From assembly GCA_013239625.1 (NCBI GenBank), contig MU053881.1:8579957-8643956 (forward strand): 64,000 nucleotides of DNA, in the 5' to 3' direction. Positions 14,277-28,666 of this stretch are shown piece by piece. The position numbers and the translations under genes are program-made. The notes under the pieces are model-generated. The model saw only the letters and a program-made list of their open reading frames with translations. It had not been told where the DNA came from and did not search any database. Numbering within the stretch: the first letter of the stretch is position 1; every line of letters starts with the position of its first letter. Source of the DNA: Lama guanicoe. Taxonomy: Eukaryota.

Positions 14277-17200
14277 CTTTATAGAAAGAAAACAGAAGGA
14301 AAAAGAACAAACAGTTAGCTGAAGAATTGATCAAGCAAACAACATTTTCGTTTCTCGTATAAAGGAACCCAAAAAAGGGGCGGCCTCTTTCTTTTGTTTT
14401 CCCCCTGTGCTAGCTGACAGCTCCTGGCTCAATTATTGAGGAAGTTCCTCTGATTTTGGACTCCTCCCTGCCATCGGAAAATCTAGACAAGAATGCTTGA
14501 ATTCTGTGACCAGCAATGTGGCTTCGTGTGACACAAGGTGGCAAGAGGTGAAACGGGCTAATGAAGGCATGGCTGCTGGGAGGGCGGGAGGGGAGGGATT
14601 CTAAAGCCAAACTGAAGCTCAGCTGTAAAGCGTGCTGTGACTCATCTGTGACACCTGCCCTGGGAGCTGGGGGGAGCTGGGTGACACCTGTGCCACATAC
14701 TTCCCATTGGCACCTTACAGACTCCATACCACGCACGAAAGAGCCCCTGCCCACAGCCACCTGCATTTGCCAAACACTCTGAACCCTGAGTCGCCACCAT
14801 TTCCTGTCCCTGCTCCGTGCCAGCCTCCCTCTCCCATGTCACTCGCATATGTAGGACCCCAAGGACGCGTTCTTCCTTATCGATAACGCCCGTGAATGCA
14901 ACCTGCAGGTGATTTCATCCTCTCGTCAATGGAGCCCAAGACTCCAGTTACCATTCTTTTTCTGGAAAACTAGTGAAAGTTTTGCTGCTTTTTAAATTTT
15001 CTTTTAAGAACAGAAATAACCTGTTTCAACAAGAGAGTGGCTGGAAGTTAACAACATGAGGGAGGGGAGGAGAGATGCTTTGGCCTCAAACAGAGAACTG
15101 TCCCCCAGTCCTGAGGCCTCCAGGCCAACCTGGAAGGAAGCCCTGACCCCTCTTTCCCTTCTAGCTGAGGGAGGCGGCTTCAGGGAAGGAACAAAGAGAG
15201 TTTAAAGCCCTGCCTCCTGCTTGGGTGAAGCTCAGGCCTCTGCCGGGGGCCATCATTAGTGGTGGGTTTGCACAGGGATTACATTTTTATATTTTATTCC
15301 AACGTGTTAGTTTTTTGCAAAAAAAAAAAAAAGTTAATTAAATGATGCTGATAACTCTTGAGCTCTGACTGGCATAGTGCAATTTAAGATTCGTTCCGCA
15401 AAGCCCGGTGTCTCAGGGCGGCAGCCGGGAATTCTCGCGTCTGTTTTATACTGCTTAATGAAAGTGAAATGTTATCTGCACCAGTGGTAGTCATATATGG
15501 CTCTTACTTATTGTGATATCAATTCCACTTTTTTTAAGTCAAGATTTTGTGAAAAGACTGGCTGGGAGTTGCGTCTGCAGACCTGACCTACTTCTTCCCT
15601 AAGAACATCAGCTTTGAGTTGATTAATATAACATCGATGTTGGGGGAAGGAGCAGAGCAGGGGCACCGAGCCACTGAGTGGGCTGAGTCCAAACGATCCT
15701 GTGGATGTGAGCTTTGGAGAAAGGCTGAGGTCACTGCTGTCCCAGGGCCATGAGCAGAGCGGGTGCTTAGCGGGCGACAAACCCAAGTAACAGCGCCAGC
15801 GCGTCAGTCTACGCAGATGAGCACGGGGGACCTACTTACAGGGGGCTGGCCCAGGCGCTGTGTCATGGCCCCAGTAACACCATCCCTTCAGGTACACCCT
15901 TCGAGGAAACAGTGGTGCCTCAGACTCCAGAATTGAGACTCTCAGTGACTCCCCTGCGAAGACTTCAGGGTCTCTCCGCGCATTCCCTGCGTATCTTGGG
16001 AAGCACTCAGCAGGCTGTCTTGTGATTTATGTGTGTGTGCTTGGCTCCCTCGCTTCATTGTGAACTTAAGCGAGTCAGTCATTGCGGACGTGACTTAGAA
16101 CTGGTTCTTAGGAGAGGGCCCTGAGAGAGTGAGGGCTGGAGAAATGGGTTCTTGAGAGAAGGAAGGAGTGAAGTTGCTTCCTTGAGTGCTGGCAGACCCT
16201 GCCTTGGAAGAGCTCCAGCCCCTCACGGTCCGCTCAGGACCACACCGCTGTCTCCTTCTGTTCCAGCTCTCTCTGTGCCGCAGAATAGGGTGGAGTTGGA
16301 GTGGCCATATTTTTTGTTTGTGTGGTTTAATTGTAACTAAAGAGAAGTGAGCTGGGATACATTTAGTTTACTTTTAGGGGGATGTGGCCCCTCCACAGTC
16401 CTTGTACCATCTTTTAGATGACCGCTAGCCATTCTGGTACAGGAGTGGTTTTCAGGAGCATTCCTGTCTTGGTGTGCTGATTCACCTGGCATCACCACAG
16501 GACGTGGAATGCCCAAAGTAGGCGTCCTATATCGTGGCAGTGCAAAAGTGGTTAGTAAATAACAAATTTTAGGTTATTTGTCTAGATTTTGTGATGTTTG
16601 CAGTGACCATCCGCTTCCCAAATTTGCAATTTGTTTTGGTCTTCTCGTCCTAAATACTATTCAGTTTCATTCCAAAGTTGCATAAGGTTCAGGCTCCAGG
16701 AAACCTAGATCTGTCTTTGGTCCAAGAGCTTTGAAAATGGTGCCAAGAACTATCCAAAATTTCATGGGAATATTGTTGTTACTGTTAATCTGGGCAGGGA
16801 GGGGCTGTGTTATGTTTTATTTCCTAACCACCCTGCTTGTACCATGACCACAGACAGAAAGCACTTCCTCTCTAACCGGGACCATATATTCCTCTGTAAC
16901 ATCCTACGCCAGCACCAGGCAGGGTCTGTCCCAGCTGAACTCACAGGCAAAGCTTTTCTTGGGGGACACTTAGTTCCAGTGTCTGCTGCCCCTGCCTGCC
17001 TTCCTGGGCTCCCAACTTTCTTGTGCCTCCTCCCTCTCCAGCACTCACACTCCTGAGCCAGGCAATTCCCTTCCCTAAACATCCTCCCTGATGCACGATG
17101 CCACTGACCCACCCCGACAGCACCATCAGAGCCAGCATGGGGAGGTGTTCCAGTTGCAGAAAAGCAGAGTTAATATCATAATACAACTTTGTATTTGGAA

Positions 17201-19299
17201 AATGAGAGAAAAATGTAGAATCTCAAACATTCAGGAAGGTGGGAGATTCTTATGTTTATTGCAAGGGACCAAGTTCTGAAAAGGCAGAGAGATACTGTCC
17301 CATCCGTTATCATTTACTACCTTATATTGGGGTTCAGTTCCTGAGATGTTTTCAACCTGGGAGAAAGGAAAGATTTTTCTCCAGTAGAATCTGACCCTAT
17401 GATGTGACTGAAAGATCTACTCCACAGAGCTTGGGTTCTCTGAGGACCACCTGAAGAGGGTGACAGTTATAAGAAGGGAAATGGGCTCCTGGAGGTGGAG
17501 TACCAGGCACTGAAAGTGTCGTGAATGCCAGTGGAATCGGCACAGCCAGGCGATAACCTGGGAAGAAGGCATCCTGTAGCATCAGAAGTATTGCATGCGA
17601 GCAGAACTCTGCCCCTACGTGTCTGCGATCGGCAAAGGAGGAAGCAAGGGAGGAGGAGAGGGAAAGAACCATGGGCACATTTAAGTAAAATTCAGATTCA
17701 GAGGCTCAGCTCTGGGTGGGTAAGAGAGGCAGGGATGGGCATCAACTCCCGAAATTGAACCATCATCCAGCTGCCAACTCACAACGGAGAAAAGACAGAA
17801 GCACGACAGGTGTCTTCCCCGCCCCGCCCCAACCCCCCTCCCTTTGCTGGTTACTGTTTTGAAGAGAGCGATTGACAGCTCTTTGTTTTCAGGTACGTAG
17901 TGGGAAGAAAAGAAGAATCAAACCAGTGTTCTTGTTAGAGCTTAACTTCTAATCGTCTGGATACCTGGCTGATGAAAGGGAGAGCTAGTCCAAAGGCAGT
18001 TACAAAGGGGGGAAAAGATCACACAGCTGTCGAGGGACATTGATAGATACGCTCCCGCCAGCTGTCCTCAGTGGCACACGTGGCCGTGGTGTGACTTGCT
18101 GGGAGTGGGTTTGTATCACTGATGCTGTGGCCCCTACACGGAGACACGGAATCACGGACAAGTTCCAACACAAGGGAGGCCCCTGGTCTGTGTCCCTTCT
18201 ACTCAAGCAACATGTCTTGAGCTCGTCCTGTGAGCCAGGCACTGCTCTGGGGCGAAGATGTCACACGTGCCTGCTCTACAGAAGTTCACACACTGGGGCC
18301 CTAAAGATTTGGCAGAAATGGCTGAAAAACAAGGCAGTCAAGGGTCTTGTCACCTTTACGGAAAATCAGAGTTAAGTGGTCCAGGGGAGGGTGAGAATTA
18401 CTTCTGCTAGGGAGACTGGACTTCATGGAAGAAGGCCTTCCAATGCAGCCTGAAAGGTGGACCTGATGAGAGAGATGAGGTAGAGAAGGTATTTTAAGTA
18501 GAGCCAGCAGCATGAGTCAAGGTTTGGAGGTGAGGATGTAGCAGACAAGTGCCATGTGGCTCTGAGCTGGAAGAGCAGTGACAAAGAAGCAAAGGTCAAG
18601 TGGAAGATTAACAAACGGACAGCACAGTGCTCCCTCCATCCGCTTCCCTGCCTCCTCTCATGCCTCCCCTTGCCCACAGGATGCCTACGAAGAAGATGCT
18701 CTACCAGCGTGAAAAAGGAAGTAGGCACCTTGGGACGGGGACCTCGCTGGGGAGCGCTAGGAAAGTGGCTTGTCTGGTGTCAATTTCACAGCTTGAAGAT
18801 GATCCAGCCTCTTCCGTTTTGCCTCCCTCCTCTCTCCATCTTTTCGTTAACACATCCTCTTACTCCTCCTCATGGCCTTCCCCTCCATGTTTCCCTGCTG
18901 TGGCTTGTTGGCTCTTCCAGGGCGCTCGGCGTGAACTGCCTTTCCCCCTGCCTGGGTGTCCGTCTCTCACCCTCGAGTGGCACTCTCTGAGCCTGGGTCT
19001 CATCCCCAGCTGGACCCTTGGAGCCCAGCACAGGCCGGGTTCACCCTTATGCGCAGTAAACGCCCACTCGGTCACTGAGGCTGCCGCCATCCTGGAGTGG
19101 AGCTGGGTTTTCTCCCCTCTTTTGACCCCTCCCCGTGCCTGGCACAGTCTCAGCTCCCCAGAACACTCAGTGGCGCCTGCTGGTGGTCAGAGCCCTGATC
19201 TCTCTCCCCGAAGGGACCTCGCAGACACAAAATGCAGGTGTACCCTGGGATTTCTTCTAAGTCCTTCACCTGGCAGCCGAGGCTGCTTCAGAAAGCGCC

Positions 19300-20230
19300 A
19301 CCATCCACTCAGCGGCTCATGACAAAAATCCCAGCATCACCTCTGATTCTTTTCTCTCTTGGTACCACCCCCTCCCACCTATTAAAAAAAAATCCTATTG
19401 ACAATTTCTATCAGATTTACCTCAAAAATATACCCCAACTGAAACATCCCCATCTCCCCTTCTACCACCCTAGTCCACGTCACCATCATCCAAATCCTGG
19501 GCAATTGCCCCAGCCACCCTATGGGGTTTCCAGCCTCTATTCTTGCATACCTACAGACCGTTCTCCACGCAGTGCTCAGAATCATTTTTAAAAACCCCAA
19601 TCAGATCATGTCAGCTCCATCCCCCTTCCTATTTCAACCTCCAGTGGCTGGGCATCGCAGTAAGAGTATGACTTCCACGTGTCAACACGGTCCTTACGAC
19701 CCTGAAGTTTCGGTCCCCTACCCACCTCTCTGACTTCCTCTGAGACACTCTGCCCTGAGCTCTCTGCCCTCCAGCCACATTGGACTTCTATCCATCCCTT
19801 AAGTAACCAGGCTGTTTGCTAATCCTTTTCTCTGCCTGGGACAGCTTTCCCCAGATCGTCACATGGCTAATCTTATCACTCTGGTCCCACCTCAAACGTT
19901 ACCTATTCAGCAAGGTGGTTTTTTTTTTTTTTTTGACAACTTTATTTATGTCCCTTCCTTATCCCTCCTCCCTGAACCAGAGTCCCTGTTTCTCACCCTG
20001 TTCAATTTTCCTTACTGCATTAATGCTACTTGAAAAAAAATTGTTTTTTAAATTTGTCCACATGATTTAGCCTGAAATTCCCTACCAGACCACAAACACA
20101 ACAACTGGGGCTTTTCTGGCTCCCATGTGGTTCTTTTGGCTTGTTTGTTTTTGTTTTTCTCTTTGCCCTCACCAGACAGTCCCTGGCACATAGTATATCT
20201 CCACCAAGGATTTGTTGAATGAATCTGAAT
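19300..20230. mobile_element. Ancient L2 LINE relic
   Basis: L2-like pyrimidine-rich body ending in cctggcacatagta...tttgttgaatgaat. Confidence 0.65.
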
Positions 20231-20542
20231 TTTCTCCCTTATTTATAAACCACATCTCTCCCCTTTGCTTATTGATCCCTCTCTAGGCTTGAGGGTCTGG
20301 AATCAACTTTCCTGAAAAGAGAGTTTCCAAGAGCTCCTGTCCAGCACAGAGACCTGGACTTCAGACTCAGCAGCAAATAAAAGCCAGGAGCGATCTACCA
20401 GGGGCAGCCAGAAGTCACCTAGCAAGGCCCGCGCAGTAATCCTAACTCACAGCCTAATGAGTGTGCCAAGATCCAGACAATTTACAGCCAGCCAGCCCAG
20501 CAAAGGTAGTTGATGTAAGTATTTGAATTAATAAATGAGCAT

Positions 20543-20699
20543 GAGTGGTTCTCCAACTTGGATGTGCGTCAGAATCTTCCGTAGAGCTCGGCAAAGACCA
20601 GAGATGCCTTGGCTCTTTTCTAGATTTACTCCATCAGTCCCTCTGGGGCTGGGCTCCAGGAATCCGTATTTTTAAGAAGTGCCACTTTAGAAACCACTG
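20543..20699. mobile_element. MER5-like hAT-Charlie MITE
   Basis: Ends AGTGGTTCTC...GAAACCACTG (terminal inverted repeats) with internal cagaatc and ccaggaatc...atttttaa motifs. Confidence 0.65.
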
Positions 20700-20980
20700 A
20701 ATGGACCATCTGCTTAAAACAGTAGTTCTTTCCCTGTTCGGTATACATCACATTCGCATGTGGAGGTTTCATAAAACAGGTCCCACCTGTGTTTTACAGA
20801 CACACAAAGCATTTCCCCCAAGTGCTTGTTTGATTCCAGGCCTAGGTGTCAAACCTCAGCCTGCCACACAGAACACACATATCCTCTGGAGGACCTCCCA
20901 ATGCAGCCACCATCTACCCGGGGGAGTTTGGGAGCAACGGGAGCAACAGAGCAGAAGAAGGGTTTCTGTGCGGCCACTTA

Positions 20981-21298
<318 letters not shown>

Positions 21299-21485
21299 TC
21301 ACCAAGGGTGAGGGGAAGTGACAAAGAGAAGAGAAACAGTTGGAAACTTCAGCCTGTGGGGAGCTCCCCCATTTCCTGATGATGATAGGGTGGGTAAACC
21401 CCAAGGCCATGGTATTGGGCACAATAACAGTTCTTCAATTATCTCGACAAATGTTAAGGTGGAGGGTCTGGGAAAAACCAGCTCA

Positions 21486-22016
<531 letters not shown>

Positions 22017-22829
22017 TTACCCAGCCATACTCTGCGGGGATGGAAAGACCTTTCCAATGAACAGCTGGCTTTCAAAAGTGACCCCAGTGATGGGGAGGGA
22101 AGTGATGAATCAAGGCTCCTTTAGAGATGGACGGGGGCCGGTTTCCCTCAGCCTGCTGTTCACGGCACGCCTTCGCTGTATTTTGCGTCATTTATTTTCA
22201 CTCACTAGAAGAAAAGACCTACCGAAGCTTAGTGGCTCATTTATGAGGAGATTCTGGAGGCAACCGCTCGTGTGAGTTAAGGCACTTTGTACATTCATGC
22301 AGGATTCTAGAGGATTCCAAGTGAGGCAGGCACGGCACACAGCCTGCCAATTCTGTGGCAAGTCAGTGGGGAACAGAATCCAGAAACTATAAAAAATCCT
22401 GCTTTTACCACATGGACAAACAGGAGAGGAGGCGGGAGATGAGGGGCGTTAGTCCCGCTTCTGTTCCAGCTCACACTTCTGCGGGGCTCCACTTTCCCCA
22501 TGTGTAAAACAGAGCGGATGAAGCCTCGATTTCTCACAGCGATGTCGTAAGGATGGATGAGACAGGACGCCGAGATGCCACACATTTTTAATTGGAACGC
22601 TGCTTTAGAAATATGAGGCATTGTTATTACTGCTGCTTCTACTACATTAAGTTCTTAACTATGTGTGTCACCTTTGGGGATTCTCTGCCGCTTCTTTTAA
22701 ATCCTGAGATAAAGGAGTGTCGAGACGAACGAAGGGTACACCTTATCTTTGAAAAAAAAAAAACCAACAAAAATCCCCATGTATTTCCTAGCTTGCCTCT
22801 CTGAAAATTCCAAGAAACAATGACCAACT

Positions 22830-23480
22830 CAGCAGCAAAGAGAATTGCTGGTGTCGGGTTTGTGGCCTTGAAATACTATTTCTCATTAAAAGGAATCAGG
22901 ACTCCTTGAAGAAATGGCTAGAACAAGAAATGGACAAGGCTGTTTTACCACGTCGCATAGCTAAGGAGGAAACAAAATGTGCTAGGGCCATGTCAAAAGA
23001 ATTTGGGAGTCAGCTTGAAGAGGCTTTCATTGACCAATGATGGGACCATCTGACCATTAGTAAAGATAATAACTTCAAAGGATATATTAATGGTACTTCA
23101 TTCTATGAGTTGAAAATGGTATTTAAAAAACACCAGCTTGCTACCAGTAGAGGATATCAGATAGCCAACTTACTATGTTGGAAACGAGTAAATAAAGGGA
23201 AAAATCAGGCATTTGTCCTTTCATTCTCATTTGAACTGTGCCTCAGATAACCAAGTAGTTAATGAGACAGTATCTCTGTATAAAAGTATTCCAGCTAGTA
23301 AATAAAGAAGCAGTGACAGAATTACAGTATTATTTCGCAATCCCTAATGACCTGATGAACCCAGGCAACGAGCGTCAGTGTGCTGAAATCACAAGAGAAC
23401 TGAGAAGCTGACATTAGGTGCCTCCTGATGGAGGAAGACATCACCACCGATCAAGCTGCTCTGCCTAAAACAAACAAGCA
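22830..23480 (+). mobile_element. Old L1MC-like 3' region, left part; continues at about 25420-25700 and 28735-29110
   Basis: Motifs ggccttgaaatactatttctcattaaaaggaatcagg and aaatctgaacc...ttatttggattc resemble L1MC 3' ends. Interrupted by two younger L1s. Confidence 0.6.
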
Positions 23481-23489
23481 AACAAAACC

Positions 23490-25405
23490 CCAAAGAATAA
23501 AATACCTAGGAATAAATTTAACTAAGGAGGAGAAAGACCAGTAGACTGAAAACTATAAGAAACTGATGAAAGAAACTGGAGGAGACAAAAATCAATGGAA
23601 AGATGCTCCATGCTTATGGATTGGAAGAATTAACATCGTAAAAATGTCTATACTACCCAAAGAAGATTCAATACAATCCCTATCAAAATGCCAATGGTAT
23701 ATTTTTCACAGAAACAGAACAAACATTCCTTAAATTTGTATGGAACCACAAAACCTTGAAGAGCCAAAGCAATTTTGAGAAAGAAGAACAAAGCTGGAGG
23801 CATCACATTCCCAATTTTCAAACTGTATTACAGAGCTACAGTATTCAAAACACTATGGTTTCGGCATAAAAACAGACACATGAATCAGTGGCACAGAAGC
23901 GAGAGCCCAGAAATAAACCTAAGCTTACACAGCCAATTAATTTCCGACAAAGGAGCTAAGAAATATGCAATGGAGAAAGTACACTTTCTTCAGTAAATGG
24001 TGTTGGGAAAATTGGACAGCCATGTGCAAAAACCAAGCACTGGACCACCGTATACCACTCACAAAAACTAACTCAAATGGATTAGAAACTTAAACATAAG
24101 ACCTGAAACCATAAAGCTCCTATAGGAAAACACAGGCAGTAAGCTCCTTGACACAGGTCTTGGCAGTGATTCTTTGAGTTTGACATTCAAAGCAAAAGCA
24201 ACAAAAGCAAGAAGCAGCAAGTGGGGCTACATCAAACTAAAAAGCTTCTGCACAGCAGAGGAAACCATGCACAAAACGAGAAGGCAACCTACTGACTGGG
24301 AAAAAGTATTTCCAAATCATGTATCTGATAAGGGGTTAATGCCCAAAGTATACAGAGAACTCATACAGCTTGAAAGCCAAAAAACAAAGAGCCCAATTAA
24401 AAAATGGGCAAAGGAACCGAACAGATATCTATCCGAAGAAGACATACAGAAAGCCAACAGTACATGAAGAGATGCTCAGCATCACTAATCTTCAGGAAAA
24501 TGCAACTCAAACCCATCATGAGGTATCACCTCACAGCTGTTAGAATGGCTACCATCAAAAAGTCAAGACACAGCAAGTGTATGTGAGGGTGTAGAGAAAG
24601 GGAACCCTTGTGCACCATTAGTGAGAATGTAAATCAGGGCAGCCACAATGGAAAACAGCACGGAGGTTTCTCAAAAACTTGAAAATAAAACTACCATATG
24701 ACCTAGCAATTCCACTTCTTGGTATCTACCTGAAGAAAACAAAAACAGGAACCTGAAAAGATACAGGCAGCCTTGTGTTCACTGCAGCATTACTTACAAT
24801 AGCCAAGATACAGAAACAACCAAGGTGCCCACTGACAGATGACTGGATTAAAAAAAGATCTGGTATATAGTCAATGGAATATTATTCAGCCATAAAAAAT
24901 AATAAAATCTTGCCATTGGTGACAACATGGGTGGTCATTGAGGGCATTATGCTAAGTGAAATAAGTCAGACAAAGAAAGACAAATACTGAATAATCTCAC
25001 CTATATGTGGATATAAAAGACAAATAAACCAAAAATACCCCAAACAACAACATGTAAAACAAGCTCATATACCGAGAACAGGTTAGTGGTTGCCAGAGGC
25101 AGGGGGTGGGGTGGGGGGGTGGACCAAACAGGTGAAGGGAATCCAAAAGTATAAACTTTCAGTTAAAAATATCAATGTTACAGGATGTAATGTGCCACAT
25201 GGTGACTATAGTTAATAATACTATATTGTACATTGGAAAGTTTCTAAGAGAGTAAATCTTAGGAGTTCTCATCACAAGAAAGAAATTTTGTAATTATGCA
25301 CTGTGACAGATGTTAACTAGATTTACTGTAGTCATCATTTTACAATATATACAAACATCGAATTATTATGTTGTATATTTGTTATATGTCAATTATACCT
25401 CAAGA
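23490..25405 (+). mobile_element. 5'-truncated LINE-1 (ORF2 C-terminal part plus 3' UTR)
   Basis: ORF2 remnants [31 protein letters not shown] and MRYHLTAVRMA, plus a G-rich 3' UTR ending ...gtcaattatacctcaa. Confidence 0.93.
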
Positions 25406-25793
25406 AGAGTTTGTATAGATCAAAATAAATCAAATCTGAACCTAAAAGCCTCAAGATTCAACTATCAATTTATAGGAGACACAGAACAGAGGAAAATGTG
25501 AAACAGTCACAGGTGTGCAATCGGAAAACAAACTAGACTATAGGAAATGCTACAGCTAAACAATAAAGGTTTTAGGTTATTTCTTCAACAAATAAATCAT
25601 AAAACCTAAAAAAAAAAGAGTAAGAAATGGAAGGGAAAACCATACATTAAATAACTTAAGAGAAATCAACTAATTACACAAAGTGGATCTTATTTGGATT
25701 CATAGTAACCACAAGGGAAAAATATGTAGTAATTATACAAAAGAACATAATAAAGAATTCAAAGTAACTGAAACCAAAAGACAGCAAAAAAAA

Positions 25794-25894
<101 letters not shown>

Positions 25895-28320
25895 AAACAA
25901 AAAAGAAAAAACAACAGATCTACAAAAGAGTCAGAAAACAAAGAACAAAATGGCAATACTAAGTCCCTACCTATTAATAATGAATTTAAATATAAATAGA
26001 TTAAATTCTCCAATCAAAAGACATGGAATGGCCACATGAATAAAACAGACAAACAAGACCCAATGATATGATGCCTATAAGAGAGTCACCTTAAGGACCC
26101 ATACAGATTGAGAATGAAGGGATGGAAAAAGATATTTTAAGCTTTCATGCAAATGGTAACTGTCCCCTTCCCCCAAGAAAAAGCAGGGGTGGCTATATTT
26201 ATATCAGACAAAATAGATTTTAAACTAAAAATATTAAAAAGAGTCAAAGAAGGTCTTTATAATATGGCAAAGGGGTCAATACATCAGGAAGACAAAACAA
26301 TTATAAATATTCATGCACCCAACATTGGAGCACCTGAATACGCAAAGCACAAGCTAACGGAGCTAAAAGGAGAAACAGATGATGGCATGATAAAGTTGGG
26401 GACTTTAACATCCCACTCTCAAAAATGGATGAATCATACAGACAGAAAATCATAAAGGAAACAGCAGATTTGAACAACACTATAGAACAAATGGACCGAA
26501 CAAACGTACACAGAACATTCTGTCCAACAAAGGTAGAATATACATTCTTCTCAAGTGCACATGGAATATTTCCTAGCACAGACCATATGTTAGGGCACAA
26601 AAGAAGTCTTCTCAAATTCAAGAAGATAAACATCATAGGGAGCATCTTCTCTGACTGACCACAGTGCAGCAAACTAGACATCAATTACAAGAAACTGGAA
26701 AATTTGAAAAATATATGGAAATTAAAAAACACTCTCGTGGATAACCAACAGATCAAAGAAGAAATTAAAGGGGAAATAAAAAGAGACAAATTAAAATGGA
26801 GACACAAATACTAAAACTCCTGGCACGTAGCAAAAGGAGTTCTAAGAGGGACGTTTACAGCAATAAGGACCTACATTAAGAACAAGAAAGATCCCAAATA
26901 AACAGTCTAATTCTATGTCTTACAGAACTAGAAAAAGAACAAAGTGAGCCCAAAGTTAGCAGAATAAATGAAATAGTAAAGATTACAGTATAAATGAAAA
27001 TGGAAAAATAACAGACAAGACCAAGCACACTAACAGTTGGTTCTACGAAAGGATCAAGAAAAGTGACAAACCCTTAATTAGACTAAGGGAAAAAGAGAGA
27101 GGACCCAAATCAACAAAATGATAATTGCAGAAGGACACTTCACAATTTATACTACAGAAATACAAAGGATCGTAAGAGGCTCCTCTGAACACTTATATGC
27201 CAACAAACTGAACAACCTAGAAGAAATGGAAAAGTTCTCAAAGACATCTAACTGACCGAGACTGCGTCAGGAAGAAACAGAAAGTCTGCACAGACCCATT
27301 GCTCACAGGGGGACTGAATCAGTTATCAGAAATCTTCCAGTGAAGAAAAGCTCAGGACAAGGCTGCTTCACTGGTACATTTCCCCAAACATTTTAGGAAG
27401 AATCAACACCAATCCTTCTCAGATTCTTTCAAAAACATCAGAAGAGGAGGGAACACTCCCCCAGCCTCATTTTACAAGGCCAGCATCACCCTGATACAAA
27501 ACCAGAAAAGGACACTACTAGAAAAGAAAACCACAGGCCAGTATTCCTGATAAATACGAATGCAAAAATCCTCAATAAAATACTAGCAGAATGAATTCAG
27601 CAGCATATTAAAATGATCGTACACCATGATCAAGTGGGATTTGTCCCTCGATGGAAGAATGGTTCGACACATACAAATCAATCAATGTGATACATCCAAT
27701 CAACAAAATGAAAGAAAAAAAATGATACGGCCCTCTCAAGAGATTCAGAAAAAGCATCTGACAAAATTCAACTACATTCATAATCATAATAGAAAAAACT
27801 CTTAACAATATAGGCACAGAAAAAACCCAACTCAACAAAGTAAAGGCCACGTAGGACAAGCCCACAGCTAACATCATACTCAATGGTAAAAGGTTGAAAG
27901 CTTTTCCTCTAAGATCAGGAACAAGCAATGGAAACAACCAGAGAGACCACTGATGGATGAATAAGGAAACTGTGGTATACGCAGACAACGGAATACTACT
28001 CAGCCATGAAAAGAATGAAATCCTGCCATTTGTAACAGCATGGATGGACCTTGAGGTCATTATGCTAAATGAAATAAGTCAAAAAGAGAAAGATGAATGT
28101 GTTCACTCATGTGGAATGTAAAAAAAACAAAACAAATAAACAAAGAAAATAATCAATAAACTCAGAGATAGAGATCAGACCAGTGGTTACCAGAGGGGAA
28201 GGTTGAAGGGTGGCCAGAATAGGTGAAGGGGGTCAACTGTATCGTGATGGATGGTAACCAGACTTGAGGAGGTGATTACTTTGCAGCGTATACAGACGTT
28301 GAATTACAATGCTGTGTACC

Positions 28321-28666
28321 AGAAGGAGCCAGGATGGAGGAGTAGAGGGACTCACAGCTCGCCCTCTCCCACAAATACACCAAGAATTACGTCTACAAAC
28401 CCACTGAACCACACAGAACACCCACTGAACTCTGGCAGAGTGTCTCTCACTTCGAAATACAGGAGGATTCTCACAAAATCCGATAAACAACAAGCTTACA
28501 CTGTACAGCACAGGGAGCTATATTCAATATCTGGTAGTAACTTATGGTTTAAAAGAATATGAAAATGAATATATGAATGTTCCTGTATGACTGAAGCACT
28601 GTGCTGTATACCAGCAATGGACACAATATTGTAAACTGACTATACTTCAATAAAAATACTTAAAAA
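28321..28666 (+). mobile_element. Short L1-derived insertion: L1 5'-end-like segment joined to an L1 3' end
   Basis: Starts agaaggagccaggatggaggagtag (resembles the L1 5' ccaagatggcgg motif) and ends with an L1 3' terminus plus AATAAA/A tail. 13-bp TSD AATGCTGTGTACC at 28308-28320 and 28667-28679. Confidence 0.75.

Noticed and set aside
18556..19322. 231-aa and 144-aa + strand ORFs
   Set aside because: Non-ATG starts, Pro/Ser/Leu-rich composition, no recognisable domain, and located in GC-rich intron sequence next to an L2 relic. Expected by chance.
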